The notes: generated from the letters alone by a model not told the origin. 64,000 bases of DNA from an uncultured Spirochaetota bacterium (GCA_963781885.1 CAWAHW010000004.1:195940-259939); one strand, 5' to 3'; positions 1 to 11,175 are shown, counted from the stretch's first letter. Numbers and translations: made by a program.

Positions 1-1413
<1,413 letters not shown>

Positions 1414-1419
1414 TGTCTG

Positions 1420-1704
1420 TTATCCTTTCGCGGCGCTGCGCGGACATCGCGGCACGTGCGCCCGAGCGCCCTCATAACTCCCCGTTGCCCCGTCTGCGCC
1501 ATGCACGACGGCGAGCCCCTTTTCAGCGAGCTCCGCGAGAAGAACCGGGCGGTGGTTGCGGGAGCCCCAGCATCCCGGGCAGACGCCGACGGTCGAAAGC
1601 TCACCCGTACGCCGGTTGCGCACGCTGATGAACGCCCTTCCCTCCTGCACTGCCTGGACCCTCTGGCTCATCGTTGCTCCCGCAGTCAATGTACAGATTG
1701 GCAC
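1420..1704 (-). CDS. hypothetical small protein directly upstream of ftsH (CPGC-containing); may be spurious or frameshifted with the 1601-1846 ORF
   Basis: ORF ends 7 nt before the ftsH start. No recognisable domain. Overlapping ORFs occur on both strands in this 380-bp divergent region. Confidence 0.2.
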   Translation of the reverse strand: MPICTLTAGATMSQRVQAVQEGRAFISVRNRRTGELSTVGVCPGCWGSRNHRPVLLAELAEKGLAVVHGADGATGSYEGARAHVPRCPRSAAKG

Positions 1705-1745
1705 CGCCTAAAACAAGCGAGCCGGTTTTCGGGTTGAAGCCTGAA

Positions 1746-1773
1746 TTGACACTGCCGGCCGCGTGGGTATAGT
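1746..1773 (+). promoter_or_regulatory. sigma70-like promoter for trpS (TTGACA-16-TATAGT)
   Basis: TTGACA at 1746-1751 and TATAGT at 1768-1773, about 20 nt upstream of RBS GAGGAGG and the GTG start. Confidence 0.3.
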
Positions 1774-1793
1774 GAAGCCCTGAGGAGGAACGC

Positions 1794-2777
1794 GTGAAGG
1801 TCCTGTTTACCGGCATCCAGCCGACCGGCGACATCCACCTGGGCAACTACTTCGGCGCCATCGCCAACTGGGTGCGGATGCAGCACGAGTACACCACCTA
1901 CATCTCCGTGGTGGACCTGCACGCGCTCACCATCCCCTATGAGGCGGCGGACCTGCCGCACCGCGTCACGGATCTTGCCCTGACGCTCTACGCCTGCGGC
2001 ATCGAGATGGACAAGGCCGTCTTGTTCGTGCAATCCGAGGTCTCGGGGCATTCGGAGCTCACCTGGATATTCAACACCATCACGCCCCTGGGAGAGCTCG
2101 AGCGCATGACGCAATTCAAGGACAAGCGGGAGCAGTTCCGTGCGTCGGTGAATGTCGGGCTCCTGGACTATCCCGTCCTGCAGGCTGCCGACATCCTGCT
2201 CTACAAGGGTGAGGTCGTGCCCGTCGGCGAGGACCAGGTGCAGCACGTGGAGTTCACGCGCGAGGTGGCGCGCCATTTCAACGGCCGCTTCGGGGACACG
2301 TTCCCAGAATGCCAGGCCCTCCTCACCGCCACGCCGCGCGTGCTCGGACTGGACGGCGACTCCAAGATGAGCAAGAGCAAGGGCAACACCATCGGCATCC
2401 TGGAGACGGCGGAGCAGATATGGGCAAAGGTGGGGCCTGCGAAGACCGATCCCGCGCGCGTGCGGCGCACGGATCCGGGCACACCGGAGAAGTGCACGAT
2501 CTGGTCGTATCATCTGCTGGTCACCCCGGAGGCAGAGCGCGCCGAGATCCACAAGGGCTGCACGACCGCGGGCATTGGGTGCATCGACTGCAAGAAGCGT
2601 TTCCAGGCAAATCTCATGAAGGTGCTCGACCCGATACGGGAGAAGCACGCGGAGCTCTCGGGCAGCCGGCGGAAAGAGGCGGTGGAGCGGCTGGACGCCA
2701 ACGCGGAGAAATGCCGCGCGGTCGCGGCGCGGACAATGGCCGAGGTCAGGGAGAAGACGGGCCTGAAGAGGGAATAG
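1794..2777 (+). CDS. trpS: tryptophan--tRNA ligase
   Basis: HIGH-type motif (TGDIHLGNY), KMSKS motif, class I aaRS, 327 aa. GTG start with RBS GAGGAGG. Confidence 0.9.
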   Translation: MKVLFTGIQPTGDIHLGNYFGAIANWVRMQHEYTTYISVVDLHALTIPYEAADLPHRVTDLALTLYACGIEMDKAVLFVQSEVSGHSELTWIFNTITPLGELERMTQFKDKREQFRASVNVGLLDYPVLQAADILLYKGEVVPVGEDQVQHVEFTREVARHFNGRFGDTFPECQALLTATPRVLGLDGDSKMSKSKGNTIGILETAEQIWAKVGPAKTDPARVRRTDPGTPEKCTIWSYHLLVTPEAERAEIHKGCTTAGIGCIDCKKRFQANLMKVLDPIREKHAELSGSRRKEAVERLDANAEKCRAVAARTMAEVREKTGLKRE

Positions 2778-2778
2778 C

Positions 2779-4119
2779 ATGAAAGAAGAAACGGGCTTCG
2801 GACCGGAAGACCTGAAGGTCGATTCACTCGGCGAGCCGAAATTCCCCTCCCCGCTGGCTCTGGGAGCAGCCGACGCGGAAGAATCGGCCAACTACATCTC
2901 TGACGAGCGCACCGTGCTCTACGACATCGACCGTCAAACGCTCGTCGCGCGGGTCCGCGAAGGCAAGGACATTCCAGCATTCGAGCTGGCGGGTCCCCGG
3001 CGAAACATCTTCTTCGATCCCACCCGCGTGAAAGCCGCAATCGTCACTTGCGGCGGCCTCTGCCCGGGCATCAACAACGTGATCCGCACGCTCGTCTTCG
3101 AGCTGTACTACCGCTACGGCGTGCGCTCCGTGCTGGGCATCCGCTACGGCTACCGGGGCTTCATCCCCAAGTACGGGTATGAGCCTCTTGCGCTGAGCCC
3201 CGAGGACGTGAAGGACATCCACGAGCGCGGGGGAAGCGCCCTCTCCTCCTCCCGCGGAGAGCAGGACGCGGGAGAGATCGTGGACTTCCTCCAGCGCAAG
3301 GGCGTTTCGCTTCTCTTCACCATTGGCGGTGACGGGACGCTTCGAGGAGCTCACGCCATCTACCAGGAGATCAGGAAGCGCGGCCTCCACATCTCCGTCA
3401 TCGGGATCCCGAAAACCATCGACAATGACATCGCGTTCGTGGAAAGGACCTTCGGTCTTGAGACCGCGTTCTCAATCGCCGCGGAATCCATCCGCAGCGC
3501 CCATACGGAAGCAATCGGCGCACCCAACGGCATCGGGATCGTCAAGGTCATGGGGCGCATGTCCGGCTACATCGCCGCGAACGCCGCCCTGGCCATGAAC
3601 GAAGTGAACTTCTGCCTGATCCCGGAAGTCTCATTCGGCATGGAGGGCAGTTTCGGTCTTTTTGCCCTCACGGAACAGCGCCTGCGCCAGCGGGACCACG
3701 CCGTCATCATCGTGGCGGAAGGCGCCGGCCAGGAGCTTGCAAAGGACACGACCGGGAAAAAGGACGAATCGGGCAACCCCGTCCTCGGCGACATCGGCCT
3801 CTACCTGAAGGATTCCATCAAGAAGTACTTCAAGGAGCATACGGACCTGTACGTGAACATCAAGTACATCGACCCCAGCTACATGGTGCGCTCCGTGCCG
3901 GCCAACGCGCATGACTCCATCTTCTGCATCCAGCTCGCCCAGAACGCCGTCCACGCCGGCATGGCGGGCAAGACCGGGGCGATCATCGGCCAGTGGAACG
4001 GCAAGTTCACGCACGTGCCCATCGCCCTGGCCACCTCCCGGCGCAATGTGCTCTCCCCGGACGATCCGCTGTGGCTCTCCGTGCTGGAATCGACCGGCCA
4101 GCCCTACCGCATCGGCTGA
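2779..4119 (+). CDS. 6-phosphofructokinase (long, about 446-aa type; GGDGT suggests ATP-dependent)
   Basis: GGLCPGINNVIR, TIGGDGT and PKTIDNDI motifs of the PFK family. Start overlaps the trpS stop region. Confidence 0.85.
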   Translation: MKEETGFGPEDLKVDSLGEPKFPSPLALGAADAEESANYISDERTVLYDIDRQTLVARVREGKDIPAFELAGPRRNIFFDPTRVKAAIVTCGGLCPGINNVIRTLVFELYYRYGVRSVLGIRYGYRGFIPKYGYEPLALSPEDVKDIHERGGSALSSSRGEQDAGEIVDFLQRKGVSLLFTIGGDGTLRGAHAIYQEIRKRGLHISVIGIPKTIDNDIAFVERTFGLETAFSIAAESIRSAHTEAIGAPNGIGIVKVMGRMSGYIAANAALAMNEVNFCLIPEVSFGMEGSFGLFALTEQRLRQRDHAVIIVAEGAGQELAKDTTGKKDESGNPVLGDIGLYLKDSIKKYFKEHTDLYVNIKYIDPSYMVRSVPANAHDSIFCIQLAQNAVHAGMAGKTGAIIGQWNGKFTHVPIALATSRRNVLSPDDPLWLSVLESTGQPYRIG

Positions 4120-4128
4120 TCCTGTCGC

Positions 4129-4157
4129 TTGACGGGCGTGCCCCGCTCAGCTACTAT
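4129..4157 (+). promoter_or_regulatory. sigma70-like promoter upstream of metK (TTGACG-17-TACTAT)
   Basis: -35 at 4129-4134 and -10 at 4152-4157. A 130-nt leader with U-tracts lies before metK. Confidence 0.35.
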
Positions 4158-4287
4158 GCCCCTTGGATCGTTCATCCCGTGGAGTGATTTGCGGCCTATT
4201 GCAACCACGTAAAAAAGTGCTAAAAAACCAGGACCGCTTCCAGAAGCCCGCCTGCGTTTTTTAGACACCGTTCCATCATCCAGGAGG

Positions 4288-5457
4288 GTGTTTTCAGTGA
4301 GCCAGAGAAAAGATTATGTCTTCACGTCCGAAAGCGTCGGCGAGGGCCATCCGGACAAGGTCTGCGACCAAATCTCGGATGCCGTCCTCGACGAGGCGCT
4401 GCGCCAGGACCCCACGTCCCACGTCGCCTGTGAGAGCTTCACCACGACGGGCCTCGTCCTTGTCGGAGGGGAGATCACCACGACCGGCTACATCGACCTT
4501 CCCGTGCTCGTGCGCGGCGTGCTCAAGGGTATCGGGTACACGGACCCGTCCTACGGAATCGACTTCGAATCCTGCTCCGTCATCTCCACCATCCAGAGGC
4601 AGTCCCCCGACATCGCCCAGGGGGTGAACGGCACGGGCCTCCACCACGAGATGGGCGCCGGCGACCAGGGTATGATGTTCGGCTACGCCTGCACGGAGAT
4701 GCCCAACCTCATGCCGGCCCCGATCAGCCTCGCCCACAGCATCATGCGCACCGCGTCGGTTGCCCGCAAGAACGGCACGCTGTCCTTCCTGCGGCCCGAC
4801 GGCAAGTGCCAGGTGACGGTGCAGTACATCGACGGCAAGCCCGCGCACGTGACGACGGTCGTCCTCTCTCACCAGCATTCTGAGGAGATCGGCCACAAGG
4901 AGCTGGAAGAATCCCTCATCGAGACGGTGATCAAGAAGTCCATCCCCGCCTCGCTCCTCAACGGCAAGACCGTGTACCACATCAATCCGACGGGGCGCTT
5001 CGTGATCGGCGGGCCGCACGGCGACTCGGGCCTCACGGGACGAAAGATCATCGTCGACACCTACGGCGGCATGTCGCGCCATGGCGGCGGCGCCTTCTCC
5101 GGCAAGGACCCGTCCAAGGTGGACCGTTCGGCATCATACATGGCCCGCTACGTTGCAAAGAACGTCGTGGCCGCGGGCCTCTGCGAGCGCTGCGAGGTGC
5201 AGGTGGCTTACGCCATCGGCATCGCCAAGCCCGTCTCCCTTTACGTCTCCACGTTCGAAACGGGCAAGGTGCCTGATGAGAAAATCGAAAAGGCGGTCGC
5301 CGAGGTATTCGACCTTACCCCGCAGGGCATCATCACGACGCTTGACCTCCTGCGCCCGATCTACCGCGAGACCTCCAACTACGGCCACTTCGGCCGTGAA
5401 GGCTTCTCCTGGGAGAAGACCGACAAGGTGGAGGCCTTGAAGGCAAGGCTGGGCTGA
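4288..5457 (+). CDS. metK: S-adenosylmethionine synthetase
   Basis: GEGHPDK, GAGDQG(M)MFGYA and the C-terminal MetK signature. 389 aa. Confidence 0.92.
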   Translation: MFSVSQRKDYVFTSESVGEGHPDKVCDQISDAVLDEALRQDPTSHVACESFTTTGLVLVGGEITTTGYIDLPVLVRGVLKGIGYTDPSYGIDFESCSVISTIQRQSPDIAQGVNGTGLHHEMGAGDQGMMFGYACTEMPNLMPAPISLAHSIMRTASVARKNGTLSFLRPDGKCQVTVQYIDGKPAHVTTVVLSHQHSEEIGHKELEESLIETVIKKSIPASLLNGKTVYHINPTGRFVIGGPHGDSGLTGRKIIVDTYGGMSRHGGGAFSGKDPSKVDRSASYMARYVAKNVVAAGLCERCEVQVAYAIGIAKPVSLYVSTFETGKVPDEKIEKAVAEVFDLTPQGIITTLDLLRPIYRETSNYGHFGREGFSWEKTDKVEALKARLG

Positions 5458-6455
5458 TGGAAGCAGCGGCAGGGCAGGCGCTCTGGTATGCAACCCGTCC
5501 TGACGGGAAAGCGGCCTGCCTGCTCTGCCCGCATGCCTGCGTCATCGCCGAAGGAAAGCACGGTGTCTGCGGCGTGCGCTTCAACCAGGGAGGCCGGTTG
5601 GCGCTCCCGTTCTACGGCCGCGTCTCATCGCTCGCCGTCGATCCCATCGAAAAAAAGCCGCTCTATCATTTCCACCCCGGGGCGCGCATCCTTTCGGCGG
5701 GTTTTGTCGGGTGCTCGTTCCGCTGCGGGTTCTGCCAGAACTGGCACATCTCCCAGGGAACCGATGCGCAGACGCGCTTCATGTCGCCCGCGGACCTGGT
5801 CCAGGCGGCGCTCACGGAGCGTTCGTTTGCGCTGGCCTACACCTACTCCGAGCCGCTCATCCACGCGGAGTATCTCCTGGATGCCGCGCGGCTGGCGCGC
5901 GCCGCGGGCCTCAAGAATGTGCTCGTCTCCAATGGGTTCATCAACCCGGGGCCGGCCGATGAAATCCTCGCCGTCATGGACGCCGCGAATATCGACTTGA
6001 AGGCCTGGGACGCCGATTTCTACCGCAAGGAGACCGGCGGAAAGCTGGAGGACGTGCAGCGCTTCATCAGCCAGGCGGCGGGCTGCATCCACCTCGAGGT
6101 GACGACCCTCGTGATCCCCGGCAAGAACGACGACCCGCGGCAGATCGAAGGCATCGCGCGATTCATCGCTTCACTCGATCCCGGCATCCCGCTGCACCTT
6201 TCCGCGTATCATCCCGATTTCAACTACGATGTCGACCCGACACCGCCGCAGACGGTCCGCACGCTCGCCGAGGCGGCGCGGCAGCATCTGCAGTTCGTCT
6301 ACGTGGGCAACCTCGGCGGAGAGCAATCCGATACCGCCTGCCCCCACTGCGGCGGCCTGCTGGTGCGGCGCCGGGGCTACGCCGTAACGGTGGAGGGAAT
6401 ACGTGACGGCGCGTGCGCGAAATGCGGCACGCGAAGCCCTATCGTCCTGGCTTGA
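5457..6455 (+). CDS. amrS: radical SAM enzyme, AmmeMemoRadiSam system type (AmrS/PflA-like activase family)
   Basis: CSFRCGFCQNW CxxxCxxC radical-SAM cluster motif plus a C-terminal Cys-rich tail (CPHCGG...CAKCG). ATG overlaps the metK TGA (TGATG). Confidence 0.7.
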   Translation: MEAAAGQALWYATRPDGKAACLLCPHACVIAEGKHGVCGVRFNQGGRLALPFYGRVSSLAVDPIEKKPLYHFHPGARILSAGFVGCSFRCGFCQNWHISQGTDAQTRFMSPADLVQAALTERSFALAYTYSEPLIHAEYLLDAARLARAAGLKNVLVSNGFINPGPADEILAVMDAANIDLKAWDADFYRKETGGKLEDVQRFISQAAGCIHLEVTTLVIPGKNDDPRQIEGIARFIASLDPGIPLHLSAYHPDFNYDVDPTPPQTVRTLAEAARQHLQFVYVGNLGGEQSDTACPHCGGLLVRRRGYAVTVEGIRDGACAKCGTRSPIVLA

Positions 6456-7479
6456 ATCCTTCCGCCTTGTAGCGGGGGAAGCTCACCGTCCACGATCTGC
6501 CCAGTAGCTTCCGCACGCCCCGCGAACCCTCGAGCCGGAACAGCAGAGGCTCCAGGACCGCCGCCTGCAGCCGTGAAAGATAAACGGCAAGTGCCAGGAA
6601 AAGAGCGATCCACGCGGGCACTGACAGGTAGCCGGGCAGCGCGACGAGCGCGGAAAGCCTGTTCAATCCGATTACGGAGACAACAATTATCGCCACGTTG
6701 ACCGTGAGGTGGACGACCGTGCGCGGGATGGACATCTGGATCGATTCCCGGGGACACAGGTTGATGCAGCGGTTGCACCCTTCGCACCTCACGCGCCACA
6801 AGGGCCTGCGCGCCTCCCCTTTTCCCGCCAAGACGATGGCCGATGCCGGGCAATCACGGGCGCAAATGCCACATGCGTTGCAGCGGGCATCCGCGGCGTA
6901 CAGGGCGCCGAGGAGGTAACGTCCGATCAGTGAATAGATCATCGAAACGGGCCACGAGAGGACCGCCATGAGCGTGCCGATGCGCGCACGTCCCGGCACG
7001 GAAGCCCCCGCTCCATCGGCGAGCGTCGCGGCGAATCGCGCGGCCTCCGCGTCACCTTCCCGCGTCATCGACAGGGCAAGGTCTGCGCTCGGTGAAGGCA
7101 CCACCTGGGTCCAGTTAAACGGGTAGGACACACCCGCCGCGGCGCCAACGCGGAAGCCTTTCCGTCTCAGGAGCCCGCGCGCCTGCCAGAGCGACGCGAA
7201 TGGAGCGCCGCCCCACGTCGCGAATGCCGCGGCATTCCTTCCTCTGCCCCGCACGCCGCGGAGCATTCTGCGCACGAGGGCGGGAATGCCGAAGCCGAGC
7301 ACGGGAAAGGCCAATACAAAAAGGTCGCCCGTAAAATCGCCTCGAAGGCTCCTATCCCCCCGTCGAAGCTCCACGAGCCTCACATGCCATCCCCTGCCGC
7401 CGAGAACGCCTGCGATTCCATGCGCCGCCCTCCACGTGTTCCCCGTGCCCGTTATGTACGCAACCGTTGCCTCTTTCAC
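6439..7479 (-). CDS. EFR1-family ferredoxin (flavodoxin-like domain + 2x[4Fe-4S] ferredoxin domain + C-terminal TM segment)
   Basis: N-terminal flavodoxin-like region (AYITGTGNT), CNACGICARDCP and CEGCNRCINLCP cluster motifs, hydrophobic C-terminus. Converges on the rSAM 3' end. Confidence 0.6.
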   Translation of the reverse strand: MKEATVAYITGTGNTWRAAHGIAGVLGGRGWHVRLVELRRGDRSLRGDFTGDLFVLAFPVLGFGIPALVRRMLRGVRGRGRNAAAFATWGGAPFASLWQARGLLRRKGFRVGAAAGVSYPFNWTQVVPSPSADLALSMTREGDAEAARFAATLADGAGASVPGRARIGTLMAVLSWPVSMIYSLIGRYLLGALYAADARCNACGICARDCPASAIVLAGKGEARRPLWRVRCEGCNRCINLCPRESIQMSIPRTVVHLTVNVAIIVVSVIGLNRLSALVALPGYLSVPAWIALFLALAVYLSRLQAAVLEPLLFRLEGSRGVRKLLGRSWTVSFPRYKAEGFKPGR

Positions 7480-8139
7480 GGTCTGTCCCCTTTTTCAAGC
7501 GATCCTCGTGCCACGGCCTTCTGCTGGAAGGTCCTTTCGAACACATACGCGCGGTACACGCGCGCGCTCCGCGTCATCTCTTCCGTGAGGGCGGCGTTCG
7601 CTTCGATTCCCAGCCCGCCGATCAGGCGCGCCCGTATCCCCATCTCGTGCTCCACGAGATCCCGCGCGCAGCGCGCGTAGAAGGTGAAGTCCCTGACCGA
7701 AAGCCCCCAGGAGAGGGATTGGGCAAACATCGATGCGATGGCCACGTCCTGCTCGTCGAAACTGCTGTCGTTTCGCGGGACAAGGAGTCCGGCCTCCACG
7801 AGCGAGCGGAGCGTCGCGGCGCTCAACCCGCTTGTTTGCTGGACCTGTTGCCGCGTATATCGCGTGCCCTCATCAAGCCCGAAAACCGTGTCGGACAGCG
7901 ACATCAGGGCCCTGATGTCCTCGGGACGAGCCGCGGACTGCATATACCCCTTTATCTCGGACAGCGTGAGCCGCTTCTTTTTCTGGAGCATCCGTATCAG
8001 CTGCACGCGCTCGACGCAGTTCTGGCGAGTAAGCGGCGACATTGCGCCCCGTGCGCACGGGCTCGGGCAGGAGCCCCTGGTCGACGTAGTGGAGAAGCGT
8101 CGATCGCGGCAGCCCGGTTGCCTTCATCAGCTCACGCAT
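7476..8139 (-). pseudogene. MerR-family transcriptional regulator, frameshifted near 8040-8060 (two overlapping ORFs 7873-8247 and 7476-8042)
   Basis: N-terminal MerR HTH (MRELMKATGLPRSTLLHYVDQGLLPEP) lies in one frame. The continuation (VERVQLIRMLQ...LTLSEIKGYM, second HTH-like GLSAATLRSLVEAGLL) lies in another. Stop overlaps the EFR1 start (ATGA). Confidence 0.5.
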
Positions 8140-8324
8140 CTTCAGGCCGGAGGGCCATTTTTTCGCAGGAGGGTGCATGCCGGAATGCCAATCGAAAAAC
8201 GATTTTTTGTCAAGTGCAACTCTACACTTTGCATTATGAAGGGGCACGAACGACCAGGTGGGCCGCCCACCAACTCGTCCGGTATTGACAGAATCAGGGC
8301 TTCGTGGTTATGTGAGGCTCACTT

Positions 8325-8397
8325 TCCCCTGTAGCTCAGTCGGTAGAGCGGGTGGCTGTTAACCACTAGGTCGCTGGTTCGAGTCCGGCCGGGGGAG
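8325..8397 (+). tRNA. tRNA-Asn (anticodon GTT)
   Basis: Cloverleaf drawn by hand: 7-bp acceptor TCCCCTG/CGGGGGA, D-arm TAGCTCAGTCGGTAGAGC, anticodon stem-loop GGTGG-CTGTTAA-CCACT, T-arm GCTGG-TTCGAGT-CCGGC. CCA is not encoded. Confidence 0.85.
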
Positions 8398-8403
8398 CGA
8401 AAG

Positions 8404-8437
8404 AAAGGGTCCAGCCACCGGCTGGGCCCTTTCTTTT
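8404..8437 (+). terminator. rho-independent terminator after tRNA-Asn
   Basis: GGGTCCAGCC/GGCTGGGCCC 10-bp stem (one G-U pair) followed by TTTCTTTT. Confidence 0.5.
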
Positions 8438-8454
8438 CCCTGGCCGGACTCGAA
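8438..8454. repeat. inverted 17-nt copy (16/17) of the tRNA-Asn 3' end (TTCGAGTCCGGCCgGGG)
   Basis: Reverse complement of 8438-8454 equals tRNA positions 8378-8394 with one mismatch. The surrounding sequence does not fold as a tRNA. Confidence 0.4.
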
Positions 8455-8691
8455 ACGAGCGAGCGCGGCGCGATCAGCGCCGAAAAGCGCGCAGGGACGC
8501 GCGCTTCGCGCGTTCGCTGCGTGGAAGCAATTTCTACTGGGCAGTTCCGCTCGAGTCTCAAGAATCCACTTGCTCCTTCTCCCGGTTGGCAGTAGGTTCC
8601 AAATCGCCGCGCATCGAAGTCGATGAACAGGTCACCATGCTCGTTTGCCGGCCGTCACGTTTCCTGCTATTCACTCGTGTCGGGGGGGCGT

Positions 8692-9580
8692 ATGCACGTT
8701 TCTCGAATCCATGGGGCCTTGAAGAGGGCCTCTACCTTTGCGGCGCCGGCAGGAGCCGGGGCCGCGCTCGTTCTCATGCTCGGCTTTGCGGTGACGGCCT
8801 TCGGGCAGACCGTACCGGCCCCGACTGGTGCCCACGCGCCCGTTGTGCCGGACATCGTGGAGTCACAGAACGAGCTCGCCGCCTGCTTGTCGGACAACCA
8901 GATCCAGGGAGCGGCGGATGGATCCCAGACCTTCAATGGCAAGGCCGGTCGGTCAATGGATCGCCCAGACGCAGGAAAAGTTCTCCACGCCGCTCGTGGC
9001 ATTCAACGCCTCCGTCTCGCCCGACGGACAAAGTCTTGCGGTGGAGCTCGTGGGGTGCCACCGGTCCCAGGACCAGCCGTTTCCCTTCACGATCGTCGCC
9101 GTTATTGGCCCGAACGGCCAGGTGAGCTACCTCCGCGATCAGGCGGGTACGCCATACTTCGACGGGTTCTTCACGGGCAACTCCGAAGGTGTCTACCACC
9201 TTTTCGGATGGCTTGCGAACAGCCAGACAGTCCTCCTCTTTGCGGAGCCTTACGATCTGGGCGCGGGAGGATCGTGCGAGCCGACCGACTGGATATCATA
9301 TGGCCGTGGCGGGCAGCCGGAAGCCGCCTTCCAGACCGTAAACGGCTTCACTCCCGCGAAGGGCAACGGAGTCCTTTTCTATGTTGCACCCGACGGTTGC
9401 AGCGGCGGGGAGAATGAGATTCACGAGGTACAGACTGCGACCGGCATCGACACGACAATCTACGCTGGCCCGCAGGACGTGGGCGTCGAGATAACCGGAA
9501 TTTCTGAGACGCCAGGCGGGTCCATCGTCATACGCTATCGCCCGTTTGGAGGCGACGAGCGAAAGCTCACTGTTCCCTGA
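8692..9580 (+). pseudogene. secreted hypothetical protein, frameshifted near 8945
   Basis: Signal peptide (MHVSRIHGALKRASTFAAPAGAGAALVLMLGFAVTAFG) in frame 1. The protein-like remainder (...VAFNASVSPDGQSLAVELVGC...) is in the 8828 frame. RBS GGGGGG before the ATG at 8692. Confidence 0.45.
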
Positions 9581-9718
9581 GCCGGCCCGCCTGGTAGAGC
9601 GACACGCGACGTCGCGCGCGCGGGCTGCGCCCGCCACTGAGCGCCGCCGCGGCGAGCCGTCCCGAAATGAAGCAAACCTTGACAGGCCTGGAATTGTGCC
9701 AGACCATAGAAAGCAGAC

Positions 9719-10138
9719 TTGGCGGAGGAAACAGGAACCATGCCGAACCCGAACGAGCTCATCGATGACCTTATTGCCAAAACCCCGGACTGGCGCGGCA
9801 AGACTTTTTCCAAGCTTCGAAAAATCATCCACGATGCCGACCCCGAGATAACCGAGGAATGGAAATGGGTCACTGCCAACCGCCCCGGCACGCCGGTATG
9901 GGAGCACAACGGGAGTGTCTGCCACATCAACATCCTGAAAGACAAGGTGAAGCTGACACTTCACGAAGGGGCGAGCCTCGACGACCCGAAAAAGCTCTTC
10001 AACAACGGGTTTGGGGGCAACAAACTGCGGGCAATCGATATCAGTGAGGGCGACAAGCTCAACGCAGGCGCTCTGAAGGCGCTCATCCGTGCCGGTGTTG
10101 AATATAACCTCTCCAAGGTGAAACCCAAGCGCAAGTAA
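9719..10138 (+). CDS. DUF1801 (YdhG-like) domain protein
   Basis: IHDADPEITEEWKWVTANRPGTPVWEHNG matches the DUF1801 core. About 55% GC, clearly lower than flanking genes. Confidence 0.6.
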   Translation: MAEETGTMPNPNELIDDLIAKTPDWRGKTFSKLRKIIHDADPEITEEWKWVTANRPGTPVWEHNGSVCHINILKDKVKLTLHEGASLDDPKKLFNNGFGGNKLRAIDISEGDKLNAGALKALIRAGVEYNLSKVKPKRK

Positions 10139-10170
10139 GGAGGCCGCCGGGAGGGCGGCCCCGCAGCAAC

Positions 10171-11090
10171 GTGTTGAATATCCAAATGGAGCTGATCATG
10201 TGCCGATTCCGCCGCATCTCCCAGGTGCTCTCCGTCGCAGCACCCCTGGCGGCTTTCTTCGGGGTGGTTATAGCCGTCAATCCCGTCATGGCGGCCGCCG
10301 CGCCAGACAGCGTCCTGATACAGCAGGCAGCGGGGTCAACGATCTTCGACAACGGGACCGGCTTCATGTGGGGAACGACCGGCAGCTCGTTCGCAATCGC
10401 GCGCACCCAGAACAATGGAAAGACGTGGAGCAAGGACGACCTCGACGGCGTCTCCGATAAACCTGGGCGCCCTTGCAACAGCGTCAGGCGGCCGTCTCAC
10501 CACTGTCTCCGTGCACTTCGCCGATCCCGACCATGGCTGGGTTGCCTGGTCCACCGAGGATTCGGTTTTCCATATCGCGAGCACCACGGACGGCGGGGCA
10601 AGCTGGCGGGACGCGCTGTCGCTGCAGACCGACGCCGTGTTCGACCGCGATATCTTCCCCGGGCCTGGCCGCGCCTGCCTCCTGGCGGAAATGCCGGAGG
10701 GAATGATGCACACCACGATGGTGACGATAGCCACGGACGACAACGGCGTCACGTGGACTCCCAGCGTGCTCTCCCACGGCGATGGTGTGCACGATTGGAC
10801 GTTCCGCAGCGCGACAGACGGCTTCCTTTCGGTCGACTACCCCTCCGGGGTGAGCATCCTTTTCTACCAAACGACGGACGGCGGCAAAAGCTGGAAGAGT
10901 GTCGATCTTCCCCTTCCGCCCGATGTCACGACCGAAGGGGTCTGGGGCACATCCCCCGGGCAAGCCCGTTTTTTCGGGCCCGCAACAACTGACCGGCATG
11001 ATGACGGTGGAGGTCGATCTTCCGAAAGGCGAGGCGAACGTGGTGTACCGCACCACCGACGGCGGGAATACGTGGACCTACTCGAAATAG
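10171..11090 (+). pseudogene. secreted BNR/Asp-box repeat protein (Ycf48/sialidase-like beta-propeller), two frameshifts (about 10455 and about 10950)
   Basis: Signal peptide, then Asp-box repeats TTDGGASW, TDDNGVTW, TTDGGKSW, TTDGGNTW spread over three reading frames (ORFs 10171, 10415, 10899). Confidence 0.5.
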
Positions 11091-11098
11091 GGGAGACT

Positions 11099-11175
11099 AT
11101 TGTTATATAACAAGCTATATATGGCTTGTTATATAATGCTTTATTAATGAATTGTTAATCTCCCGTTTATGGCGC
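11099..11175. repeat. AT-rich palindromic element: perfect 14-bp palindrome TTGTTATATAACAA plus two further TTGTTA motifs, bracketed by GGGAGA/TCTCCC
   Basis: Read directly from the sequence. Sits in the 415-bp intergenic region upstream of the porin gene. A second perfect palindrome ATGCCATGGCAT is at about 11364. Confidence 0.4.

Noticed and set aside
1420-1846. Overlapping small ORFs on both strands between ftsH and trpS (CPGC / CPVC motifs)
   Set aside because: No recognisable family. Could be one frameshifted small gene or purely spurious. Kept only as a low-confidence feature.
8400-8475. Possible second tRNA on the minus strand, suggested by the inverted tRNA 3'-end copy
   Set aside because: The flanking sequence cannot form a T-stem or acceptor stem. 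Only a 17-nt fragment is present.
8319-8561. 80-aa ORF on the - strand
   Set aside because: Overlaps the tRNA-Asn gene and its terminator.
9580-9718. Palindrome CGCGACGTCGCG and TTGACAGGCC promoter-like motif
   Set aside because: Short GC palindromes are expected by chance at this GC content. Noted as a likely promoter for the DUF1801 gene but not as a distinct element.
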